Shown here in pieces: positions 29,824 to 38,716 of a stretch of 64,000 bases of DNA. Both the position numbers and the translations under genes were made by a program. The DNA comes from Sedimentisphaerales bacterium (GTDB lineage: Bacteria > Planctomycetota > Phycisphaerae > Sedimentisphaerales > SM23-30), in NCBI GenBank assembly GCA_963666285.1, contig OY762711.1, one strand, 5' to 3'. Below the pieces are notes generated by a model. The model did no database searches and was not told where the DNA came from. It saw only the letters and a program-made list of their open reading frames with translations. Numbering within the stretch: position 1 is the first letter of the stretch; each line of letters opens with the position of its first letter.

Positions 29824-30318
29824 ATGCCATTAAACTATAAAAAAGTACAGCTCTTACAAATCGCTATGAAAGCAGCCGGCCTGCGTAAACCGGAACGTAC
29901 CGAAGCGAGCGAAGCTCAGTACCTGTTCTACCTGGCCCAGTTCAAAGACAGTAAGGGCAGCCCCATCACCAGCAGCAAATATCTGTCGAACGCCCAGATG
30001 GACACCATCCTGGAAACATGCGAGGAGCTCGGCTGGCGAAATCCAAACAAGAGCCGCCGCAACTACCACGGCGAGATCAGCCAGGCAATGATAGATGGTA
30101 TCAATGCCCTGGCCGGAGATCTCGGCTGGCAGCCTCACCAGCTATCAGGCATGGTCCGGAGGATGACCAGGCAAACCCAATCAGATCCCAGCGAGCTGAC
30201 AGTTGCCGAAGGCCGCAAGGTAATCGAAGCAATGAAAGCTATGCTCAAGAGACACAACCCGGACATCACCGGCAATAACTTAACCGACATTCAACAGAAA
30301 TTTGAATTTAATTCATAA
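29824..30318 (+). CDS. Mu gp16/GemA (DUF1018)-like protein
   Basis: SSKYLS..LGW..LTVAEGRKVIEAMKAM. Confidence 0.75.
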   Translation: MPLNYKKVQLLQIAMKAAGLRKPERTEASEAQYLFYLAQFKDSKGSPITSSKYLSNAQMDTILETCEELGWRNPNKSRRNYHGEISQAMIDGINALAGDLGWQPHQLSGMVRRMTRQTQSDPSELTVAEGRKVIEAMKAMLKRHNPDITGNNLTDIQQKFEFNS

Positions 30319-30332
30319 CGAAAGGAAGTATT

Positions 30333-31082
30333 ATGGGCATAAATGAACGCAGAAAAACAAAATATACGCCATCACCTTGGCTAATAGCTGAAGATGTATT
30401 CGATAAAGAAAAGTTTTTAGATTTTTGTGAGAGCGTTTGGGATGCTACTCAATCTAACGGGAACCTTTCAGATACATTTAAGGTGATACAAACTTCTGAA
30501 GAGACAGGTTCTCTTACTATAGCTGTGATTGGAAATGGACCTCAATCAGAAGGAAACTCAAAGCTAATTGCTTCAGCTCCGGAACTTCTAAGAATGCTAG
30601 ATAAAACATCTGCCTACATTGCAAGAGGTAGTGATCCTGCATCGCTTCTTGATGAGATTGCAAAAGTCATGAGTAAAGCAACTGGCGTAACTATCACACT
30701 TCATCGTAATGCACCATCTGGTCAGGTCGATTTAGATTCATTAGAATGCTTTCTGGATGAGCTGGGTCGCGGACTGTTAAACACTATTTGCAATGTTATC
30801 AATTCCCTCGTTAACAGTGCAGCAAATAATAAAATACACCACGCTGTCAAAGTTGCCGACAACTGGGAAAGTCCAGATATTAAAGCAATCATCAACTACA
30901 ACCGAGAGAGCGACATCGAAAAGAATCTAAGCGAAATCAGCCAGAATATCAGAATCCACTGGAAAAATTATTTCGAACACAACTATAAAAACATAATCAG
31001 TAAATATCCCGGCCTGACAGACAAATCGGTAGCGTCAGACCAGACATTAGATACTGGCTCTAGTAACTGTCCGGATGAATAA
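30333..31082 (+). CDS. Hypothetical phage protein
   Basis: KYTPSPW...NSKLIASAPELL motif typical of phage accessory genes. Confidence 0.7.
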   Translation: MGINERRKTKYTPSPWLIAEDVFDKEKFLDFCESVWDATQSNGNLSDTFKVIQTSEETGSLTIAVIGNGPQSEGNSKLIASAPELLRMLDKTSAYIARGSDPASLLDEIAKVMSKATGVTITLHRNAPSGQVDLDSLECFLDELGRGLLNTICNVINSLVNSAANNKIHHAVKVADNWESPDIKAIINYNRESDIEKNLSEISQNIRIHWKNYFEHNYKNIISKYPGLTDKSVASDQTLDTGSSNCPDE

Positions 31083-31384
31083 ATCCGTGGTTCAAAGATT
31101 AAATTATTCGTGTCTATTTGTGTCCATCCGTGGTTCAAACAGACAAGGAGTAAATGAAATGATAACCTCAAAAGACTATCATATAAAACCGGCCACCGCC
31201 GACCAGACCAAAAACACCCAGCAAGCCGCCGCTCGCCGGGTATTACTCGAACATAACCGCCAGAAGCAACAGCGTAAAACTGGCCGTGAGCGATAGCGAA
31301 CACCTTAACTATTAGTTTTTAGTTATTAACTATTAACTTGCCAGGCGTGATGGACCACGCCGCAGCATAGAACGGAGTCTTATT

Positions 31385-31888
31385 ATGGCAAAACGCACCA
31401 AATCTAAAACCGACCTGATCCAGATCGAAACCTTCGATCAGGCTGACAAGCTATTAAAAAGAGCTAGCGAACTACAAGCCTCTATCGATCAGGCAAACAA
31501 CGAACTGACCGCCATGATCGACCAGCTAAAATCCCATACCAAAGATACAGTCGGGCCTCTCCAGCTTGAGATCGACAAGATTACTAAATCCCTTCAGGCA
31601 TACTGCACCGCCAACAAACAAGAATTTGGTAACGCCCAGAGCAAAAAACTAAACCACGGAAAGTTAGGTTGGCGCAGATCTTCCAGTATCACCGTCAGAA
31701 ATGACACTTTAGACCTCATTAAACAGCTATTCAAACCTGCCTTAAAAAAGGTTTGTATCGTTGTTAAAGAGACCGTCAGCAAAGATGCCCTGGCAGATCT
31801 AACCGATGACCAGCTCACCGACATCAACGCCAGGCGTAACCACAAAAACATATTTTTCATCGAACCGGAAAAGGTTGAGATTAAATAA
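31385..31888 (+). CDS. gam: Mu Gam host-nuclease inhibitor
   Basis: Coiled coil then KKLNHGKLGWR, KETVSKDAL, FFIEP. Confidence 0.88.
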   Translation: MAKRTKSKTDLIQIETFDQADKLLKRASELQASIDQANNELTAMIDQLKSHTKDTVGPLQLEIDKITKSLQAYCTANKQEFGNAQSKKLNHGKLGWRRSSSITVRNDTLDLIKQLFKPALKKVCIVVKETVSKDALADLTDDQLTDINARRNHKNIFFIEPEKVEIK

Positions 31889-32157
31889 TGGACAAACACG
31901 AAATAGCAGCAAAACTATTTCCCCAGCTCGAAGAGTTGCGAGAAATCATCGAAACCAGAATCGCGGTAGTATCGGACAATTATCCATGCGAGCCGACCTG
32001 TTTTTGGATGGTCATCCGCAACAAAGAGCTTATCTGTGTCTGGTCCAGGAATCTGGCAAAAGATGATAAAAAGATAATCAGACTCTGGGACCCGGCCAAA
32101 GGATTGACCTGGCACCAATGGTACCAGCTATGGCTGGCCTGCCATGAATATTTATAA
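31888..32157 (+). CDS. Hypothetical protein
   Basis: 89 aa coupled to gam. Confidence 0.6.
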   Translation: MDKHEIAAKLFPQLEELREIIETRIAVVSDNYPCEPTCFWMVIRNKELICVWSRNLAKDDKKIIRLWDPAKGLTWHQWYQLWLACHEYL

Positions 32158-32240
32158 TTAAGCGTGAGCGGAGCGAACACCGCCCCTAACACCTAACACC
32201 TAATACCAAATACCTTTTATAGCGACAAAGGATTGAAGCT

Positions 32241-32621
32241 ATGAAACACTCAAAACCAATCACAACCCCATCACAGCAATCCGAACTGCTGCACATCCTG
32301 CAGGCAGCCGCCGAGCCTGCGCCCGCAATCGACCTGGCCAACACCGCAGGTCTGTCCGGATCCCACGAATCCAAACGCCGCAAGGTACGTGATCTCATCA
32401 AAAAACTCCGAGACAATGGCCACTGGATAGTTGCGACGATCCAGGGCGGCTACTGGCTCACTAAAGACAAATATTTATGGCAGCAATACAACGAGCATAG
32501 ATCAATCGACGCCAAGGTTATCCTGGCTGATATCTCCCGCCGCAAACAGGCTCAGCGTGACCAGCCTCAGGGCATGCTCTTCGACGTAACTAATTTAAAC
32601 GCTATAGCAGGAGGATTTTAA
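32241..32621 (+). CDS. Winged-helix protein (possible middle/late regulator)
   Basis: RKVRDLIKKLRDNGHWIVAT..GGYWL. Confidence 0.7.
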   Translation: MKHSKPITTPSQQSELLHILQAAAEPAPAIDLANTAGLSGSHESKRRKVRDLIKKLRDNGHWIVATIQGGYWLTKDKYLWQQYNEHRSIDAKVILADISRRKQAQRDQPQGMLFDVTNLNAIAGGF

Positions 32622-32836
32622 TGGCAGGTCATATCCAAACAGATTACATGCACATTGATGGTACCCCGATCATTCTATCACAAGGCTTAAATCCAAATAG
32701 CGGCGAATGGCGTGCATACAAAAAGAACAACCTTACAAAGATCGCGGCCATCAAGCCCGGCACAGTTGATTTCTGTAATCGGCAGATGGCAGAAGGCAAA
32801 AGCAGAGTCATTATCCCTAAAGGAGCGAAGAAATGA
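32621..32836 (+). CDS. Hypothetical protein
   Basis: GGAGG RBS, coupled ORF. Confidence 0.55.
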   Translation: MAGHIQTDYMHIDGTPIILSQGLNPNSGEWRAYKKNNLTKIAAIKPGTVDFCNRQMAEGKSRVIIPKGAKK

Positions 32837-33327
32837 GTAATATATATACTGATTGTGCCAACGCCGCCATCGCCGCCGCAACAGCCCTGGAATTCACCGA
32901 AGGCGTTGCACTCTTTAAGACCGTCGAATTCTGGAACTCACAGTTTGACGCTTCTGTCGGCGGCATGAGCAGCTTCGACCGACTCGCTCCGTTTTTCTTT
33001 ATCGAACCGGCAGCAGACGGCGGCAGGCGTGCCGGTGACGGAGATCTGAACGCGCCGGTAAACTTAAATATTATGATCGGCCAGAGCATGACCGGCAGAA
33101 GCGATAACGTCAAGGTCGGTGATGCCTATAACCCCGGCATCTTTGACATGCTCGAAAAGGTTATGCAAACCTTCGACATTTGGCATCCAAACAGCGTCGA
33201 TGGCTTCAGCGGTATTACTGTAGATGAATTCCGCTATCAGGCATCCTACGAACAGGCCGACGAAAAATGTAAACGGGCATTATACCAGATAACTTTCACT
33301 AGTAACTACATAGTACCAAGGAGTTAA
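32833..33327 (+). CDS. Tail terminator-like protein (Mu gp37-like)
   Basis: Acidic 164 aa ending in YQITF, directly before tube gene. Confidence 0.55.
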   Translation: MSNIYTDCANAAIAAATALEFTEGVALFKTVEFWNSQFDASVGGMSSFDRLAPFFFIEPAADGGRRAGDGDLNAPVNLNIMIGQSMTGRSDNVKVGDAYNPGIFDMLEKVMQTFDIWHPNSVDGFSGITVDEFRYQASYEQADEKCKRALYQITFTSNYIVPRS

Positions 33328-33332
33328 ATTAA

Positions 33333-34226
33333 ATGGCTAACCAAAGAACCCACAAGGCCCAGGCCGCTACTATCAACGGAGTTTCGGCAGGCGGCCTTAC
33401 CACCGTTAACATAACTAAAGGATACGACAACGTTATCTCGTCCGAAGCTGACGGACTTGAGATCCCGCTCGTCGATAAAGAGATCCAGTTCTGTCGCGGC
33501 AGCGTTACCACCCAGGACATCACCCAGGCAATCAATCTTTTAACCGGCGAAGTAGGCACCTTCGTCTTTTATGAAATGGAATCAGGTGTAGCTACTTATG
33601 TCAAGCATACCATCACCAACCCGGTCATCCACCAGGTAAGTTTTAATATCGCCAAGGGCGGCTACGCTACCTGCAGCTTTAATTTCGAATGCAAAGCCGC
33701 CGACGCCACCAAAGGTTTCGCCGACATGCATACTGTCCTACGCGAACAGGCATCCCCGGATTATGTCGCAGCTAATCGCGGCGGCCACCGTGTCAAAACT
33801 CTGGCCTTATCTACTGTCAACATCCTGCATGTTACCGGCATTTCATTCTCACTGGCTCTGGAACTCAGCCGGGCCTGTAACGATAGCGATATTGGTTACA
33901 CCGTTGTCGATGCTATCCTGCAGGGCTATCAGCCGGGCGGTAGTATCGCTTTCGAAGATTCCGGCCCAACCGCCGCCCAGGACTTATCAGCCGACATCCT
34001 GTCAGCTGCTCGCGGCAGCCTGGTAGCTACAATCGCAATGGCCCAGGGAGCCACTGACAAAGTTATCACAATCGCCGGCGTCGAGTCCACCCAATGCAGC
34101 CAAAGCTCCTCTTCGTCCGGCGGCTTTACTACTTATGAAGGTAGTTATATAGTAACAAACAACACCATGACGCCGTTAACCCTGGCAGGTACCAACAAGA
34201 TCATCACTATCGCTAACGCGGCATAA
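33333..34226 (+). CDS. Major tail tube protein (putative)
   Basis: Thr/Ala/Ser-rich beta protein, strong RBS, precedes tape measure. Confidence 0.6.
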   Translation: MANQRTHKAQAATINGVSAGGLTTVNITKGYDNVISSEADGLEIPLVDKEIQFCRGSVTTQDITQAINLLTGEVGTFVFYEMESGVATYVKHTITNPVIHQVSFNIAKGGYATCSFNFECKAADATKGFADMHTVLREQASPDYVAANRGGHRVKTLALSTVNILHVTGISFSLALELSRACNDSDIGYTVVDAILQGYQPGGSIAFEDSGPTAAQDLSADILSAARGSLVATIAMAQGATDKVITIAGVESTQCSQSSSSSGGFTTYEGSYIVTNNTMTPLTLAGTNKIITIANAA

Positions 34227-34238
34227 TAAGGTAATATT

Positions 34239-35849
34239 ATGGGCAAAGACCTAAACATTGAAATAACCGCAACCGGCGTTAATGTCACCAACGAAAAATT
34301 AAAAGGGCTCGGCAAGACCGGCAAGAAGGTCGGCGAAGAAATCCAGCAAGGCAGCCAAAAAGGCAAAGAAGGTTTAGAAGGACTTGACCAGCAAAGCAAA
34401 AAAACAGAGAGAGGTCTAGGTTCATTTGTCAAATCTATAGGAGACTTTAAGACCAAAATCTTTTCTGCAGTTGGTATCATTACCACCCTGATCGGCATAC
34501 TCAAAATATGGCTTGACTATCTTAACAAAATCGCCGCCGCCCAGCGTGAAATCGCCGAACAGGCTAAAAGCCTGGATTCCGCTGCCAAAGCTCTTGCCTC
34601 CCAGGCCGGTATCATGAGCACCGAAGGGGGGATCGCCGCTTCCAGGGAACAAATAATTAAAATAATGCAGGGCGGCAACCTTTCAGACGTCGGGCTCGCC
34701 GAAGGCATCGCCGTTTCCACCCATTCAGCTTTTGGCACAAAAGGCCAGGCTTTGACCGACTCGCAGGTTGGTATCGCTTCAACTGTAGCTGACTTTGCTC
34801 AGCGTAAAGGCATCAGTGCCTCCGGAGCTGACCAGCTCTTCAAAGTCTTAGCCGCTATGGATGTCTCCGACCAGGCGTCAGCTCAATCGGCTATCCAAAA
34901 GATATCCTCCGTCCAGCAAGCATCCAAAGCCAAAACTTTCGAGCAGTTCATTACCGGCGGTGTAAAATCTCTAATCCCGGCCATGGCAATGGGAGCCTCC
35001 CCGGAGCGAGCCCTGGCAGATTTTGCAACTACCCTTAACGCTTCATCCTCCGCCGAAGAAGGTGCCACAACGGCCAGCCAGCTCTCCAGGTTATTACAAA
35101 GCCCTGACGCGATCGCCGGTATGACAGCAGGCACCGGCCTCTCTGAAGTACAATTCCGCAACCTGCCCTACGATCAAAAGATGGGCATGCTCGACCAATT
35201 TCTTAAAGGAAACTCTTCTACCGGTGAAGGGCAGATGTACCTGCAAAGTTTAGGCCTGACCGAAGAGCAAATGAAGGCAGCCGTAACTTTATACAACCCG
35301 GCAAACGTTGCCGCACGCTCAAACTTTATGCAGCTCGGTCGAACCTCGACCGCTGCCGAATTCGCCAAAGAATCTGCCGGTTGGCGCAATACCACCCTGG
35401 GCCAGGTTGAGACCATGGACTCCCAGGCAGCTATTGTTTCGATGCAAGCTACACGTGACCAAAGAATCGGCTTAGCTATCAAAAATCTGGCAGAAAAACA
35501 TTTTCAGCAATACAAAGCAGCTGGCCTAACAAGCATTCTTGCTACAGATAAAAAAGATCAGCAAAACGAAATAATATTCAAGCCGTTGTGGGAAGAATTT
35601 ATCAAAACTACAGATGGCAAATCCTTCATCAACTGGACGCCAGAACAGAAAGACATGCGAGAAAAATTGATTAAGCTCAAACGAGCTAACCTAGACTCAG
35701 AAGTGCCTGTAGGAACTATCGGTGAGGTGGTTGAAGATTTCGAACAATTTACAGGAAAAAGTGCAACAACGGTAATAAATAACTATATGGCGCCGATATA
35801 CAACCGTCAGGATTCCGGCAGTCCGCCGCGAGTCTCACCCACAGATTAA
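34239..35849 (+). CDS. Tape measure protein (short)
   Basis: LNIEITA N-terminus, Ala/Gln-rich helical body, hydrophobic segment, TTVINNY C-terminus. Confidence 0.75.
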   Translation: MGKDLNIEITATGVNVTNEKLKGLGKTGKKVGEEIQQGSQKGKEGLEGLDQQSKKTERGLGSFVKSIGDFKTKIFSAVGIITTLIGILKIWLDYLNKIAAAQREIAEQAKSLDSAAKALASQAGIMSTEGGIAASREQIIKIMQGGNLSDVGLAEGIAVSTHSAFGTKGQALTDSQVGIASTVADFAQRKGISASGADQLFKVLAAMDVSDQASAQSAIQKISSVQQASKAKTFEQFITGGVKSLIPAMAMGASPERALADFATTLNASSSAEEGATTASQLSRLLQSPDAIAGMTAGTGLSEVQFRNLPYDQKMGMLDQFLKGNSSTGEGQMYLQSLGLTEEQMKAAVTLYNPANVAARSNFMQLGRTSTAAEFAKESAGWRNTTLGQVETMDSQAAIVSMQATRDQRIGLAIKNLAEKHFQQYKAAGLTSILATDKKDQQNEIIFKPLWEEFIKTTDGKSFINWTPEQKDMREKLIKLKRANLDSEVPVGTIGEVVEDFEQFTGKSATTVINNYMAPIYNRQDSGSPPRVSPTD

Positions 35850-35915
35850 TTACAACGAGCTACAGAGCTGCGAGTACCGCAGCTTATTACTTATATCTTA
35901 TTACTGAGTTTAAAA

Positions 35916-36281
35916 ATGGCAGACATCAACACAATTTTTGGTTATGAAACCAGGGTTATAGCTACTCCAGGTAAGGTCAGAAGAATTCTGACATCAATCC
36001 CAGGCTCAGATATTCGCCTTTGTAGCAATCTCGGCAAAGCAGGTTACACCCTCTATGTATTCTCAAACATTCGCGGTCTTACTCGCGATGCCACGGCAGC
36101 TATATTTGAATCGCTGCAAGCCATGCAGTCAAATGCCCCCGAAACCTGGACCTACGGCTCAGATACTTTTTACAATGTCATAATGACCGGAGTCCGCCCA
36201 ATTGGCGACCGAATGTACACCTATTCTGGAAGTTCAGGCACCTGGCTCTGTCAGGTCATGGCAACCCTGGAGGAACTGTAA
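35916..36281 (+). CDS. Distal-tail-like small protein
   Basis: 121 aa after tape measure. Confidence 0.45.
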   Translation: MADINTIFGYETRVIATPGKVRRILTSIPGSDIRLCSNLGKAGYTLYVFSNIRGLTRDATAAIFESLQAMQSNAPETWTYGSDTFYNVIMTGVRPIGDRMYTYSGSSGTWLCQVMATLEEL

Positions 36282-36674
36282 ACAAGTGAAGAACGAAGCC
36301 AAAATAGAATAAAACAGGTCCCACCGCAGGCGGCACCTTCTCTAATACCAAATACCTAACACATAAAACTTGTTAGAGTTTTTTCTGCCGGTATAGCAAT
36401 CGCGATGCCAAAGGCGACAATTGAATAACCAGGCAGCCAGCCGGACAGTAATTTTTGAAAGAGAAAAACACTGAATCCGGCCATAGGTATTTTTAAACAC
36501 CTGATTTCTACTATTTTAACCCAAAATCCCGCGCACGCAACGCGCACGGGCGCACGATACTGGCGCACGAAAGAAATAAAAAAACGGCAAATTATTAAAT
36601 CTAATAATCGCCGTTTATAGTGCCGTTAATGGCCTTTTAAACGCTTTTAAATTGTTCTCACCTGACTATACTTT

Positions 36675-36836
36675 TTGGCCATCTGTCTTGTCATAGATCA
36701 TAATCTAACGCCATTTTGGCCATCTTTCGATTGCTCGGACAATCGCCACAAATCTTTCGTAAGTCTTTTCATTCCCACGCATTATCGGCTATCTCCCTTC
36801 AATCCCGCAATTGGCCATCTAGTCTGTCGGTTTACA
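36675..36836. repeat. Prophage right end: three TTGGCCATCT sites and terminal CA
   Basis: Copies at 36675, 36716, 36811; ...GTCGGTTTACA at 36836. Confidence 0.75.
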
Positions 36837-36888
36837 CCAATATGAGCTTTGTCTTTCATATAGAATAAAAATATCCCCCCCGGTATTT

Positions 36889-37323
36889 TTAGACCCATTT
36901 ATTATAACTTTTGAGGGTAACGAAGGTTTCTGTGCGGGCGATGCCGGAGACCTTCGAAAGCGATTCGGTCAGAAAATGAACCAGCCCCTTATTGGAATCG
37001 ACCAGTACCTCAATGAACAAGTCGTATCTGCCAGAAGTAATCGAGACAGAAAGCACATCATCAAGTTCGGCAATCTCCTTTGCTTTTTCGGTTAGCAGGC
37101 TGGACTTTTCCACGTTTGCCATAATGGTCGCCAGCTGCTGGTTCTCCAGCAGGTTTGGATCTCGCAGTCCCCTGATCTTGAGGATATTATTGTCCTGAAG
37201 GCGTTTGATCCGCTGTCGGACAGCACCTTCAGAAAGCCCGATGATTTTAGCGATCTCGGTATTGGTGTAGTTATTTTCCGATAAAAGGTTAATTATTTTC
37301 CAATCGGTTTCGTTTGGCTGCAT
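36889..37323 (-). CDS. Lrp/AsnC family regulator
   Basis: HTH GLSEGAVRQRIKRL, SGRYDL; next to ald. Confidence 0.92.
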   Translation of the reverse strand: MQPNETDWKIINLLSENNYTNTEIAKIIGLSEGAVRQRIKRLQDNNILKIRGLRDPNLLENQQLATIMANVEKSSLLTEKAKEIAELDDVLSVSITSGRYDLFIEVLVDSNKGLVHFLTESLSKVSGIARTETFVTLKSYNKWV

Positions 37324-37334
37324 TATACCCCCCT

Positions 37335-38450
37335 CTACTGCAAAACACTCTCTACCGGGTAATATTCAATATCCAGGCTTTCTGCAACATTCTGATAGAC
37401 ACATTTGCCAAGATAAAGGTTGGCACCCATCGCTATTGCCGGATGTTCCATACAAGCCCGTTCGAACCCTTTTTCTGCAATTAACAGGCCGTAACGAAGC
37501 GTGGTACCGGTAAGGGCCAGAGTGGAAGAAAGAGCAACGGCGCCCGGCATATTGGCAACGCAATAATGTACAACATCATCTACTATATATACCGGGTCAT
37601 TGTGGGTAGTCGGCCTGGTAGTTTCGGTACAACCGCCCTGATCAACGGAGATATCAACAATAACCGAGCCCTTTTTCATCTTCGGCAGATCGCATTTTTT
37701 GATTAGACGAGGAGTCTTGGCACCGTGGATAAGGACCGCGGCAATAACAAGGTCGGACTGTTCCAGAACATATTCGATATTGGCATCGTTACTATATAAA
37801 GTAGTAATCTGAGTGCCGAAGATATCGTCAAGATAAGCCAGCCGGTTGGAATTAACGTCCAGTATAGTAACATCAGCACCTATGCCAACAGCCATCTTGC
37901 AGGCATTGGTTCCGGCGATACCGCCGCCTAATATAGCAATTTTACCGCGTCTGATGCCAGGAACGCCGCCAAGCAATATGCCGCGACCGCCGAAAGGCTT
38001 TTCGAGATATTTGGCACCTTCCTGAATAGAAAGCCGTCCGGCGATCTCACTCATAGGCTTCAGGCAAGGCAACTGACCATCCGGAGTTTCGATAGTCTCG
38101 TAGGCGATCGCCTTTATCTTTTTGGCCAGCAATGCGTCGGTAAGCTCTTTATCTGCGGCCAGATGCAGATAGGTATACAAAATCTGCCCCTCATGGAAAA
38201 GATCGTACTCTTCCGGCAATGGCTCTTTGACCTTAACAATCATATCACAGGTATCAAAAATCTGCTTTTTCTCTGAGATTATCTCGGCACCGGCAGCAGT
38301 ATACTCGCTATCAGTGAAACCGGCGTTCAAACCGGCATCTTTTTCGATAAAAACTTTATGCCCTCGAGCGATATATGCCTTGGTACAGGACGGGGTCAGG
38401 CCAACACGATATTCGTGAGTCTTAATTTCTTTAACACAGCCAATATTCAT
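37335..38450 (-). CDS. ald: Alanine dehydrogenase
   Basis: KEIK.HEYRV, KVKEP, YLHLA, DQGG, VANMPGAV. Confidence 0.97.
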   Translation of the reverse strand: MNIGCVKEIKTHEYRVGLTPSCTKAYIARGHKVFIEKDAGLNAGFTDSEYTAAGAEIISEKKQIFDTCDMIVKVKEPLPEEYDLFHEGQILYTYLHLAADKELTDALLAKKIKAIAYETIETPDGQLPCLKPMSEIAGRLSIQEGAKYLEKPFGGRGILLGGVPGIRRGKIAILGGGIAGTNACKMAVGIGADVTILDVNSNRLAYLDDIFGTQITTLYSNDANIEYVLEQSDLVIAAVLIHGAKTPRLIKKCDLPKMKKGSVIVDISVDQGGCTETTRPTTHNDPVYIVDDVVHYCVANMPGAVALSSTLALTGTTLRYGLLIAEKGFERACMEHPAIAMGANLYLGKCVYQNVAESLDIEYYPVESVLQ

Positions 38451-38603
38451 AATGTTTATCCTTTATACAAAAGTGTCAAATTAGTTGTCATGATGTATTA
38501 ATACTACTATTTTCGTAATTAATCAACTAAAAATATACTAATTTAGTAGATTTATTCAAAAAAATCACAGTTTTTGACAACAAAATTGGAATTTTCGATA
38601 CAT

Positions 38604-38638
38604 AAAAAAAGGCAAGGCTCCAAATTGGAACCCTGCCT
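38604..38638 (-). terminator. Intrinsic terminator after gltD
   Basis: AGGCAGGGTTCCAATTTGGAGCCTTGCC followed by T7. Confidence 0.8.
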
Positions 38639-38716
38639 GAATATCTTCTCAAATTTGAATTTGTCTGTCGCTTAGCGGCAAACAACTCCTTATTTATTAT
38701 ATATATATTAGCCGGT

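Larger units (their letters stand above)
1..36836. mobile_element. Mu-like transposable prophage (left end beyond window)
   Basis: DDE transposase + AAA ATPase, GemA, Gam, DUF3486-like and terminase genes, head and tail genes; terminal CA at 36835-36836 preceded by three TTGGCCATCT repeats; host genes follow. Confidence 0.93.

Noticed and set aside
31075..31296. 73-aa ORF
   Set aside because: The 5' half is repeat DNA; only a short ORF after the AAGGAG near 31150 is plausible, and support is weak
1..36836. Diversity-generating retroelement or invertible tail-fibre segment
   Set aside because: No reverse transcriptase, template/variable repeat pair or invertase seen in the window
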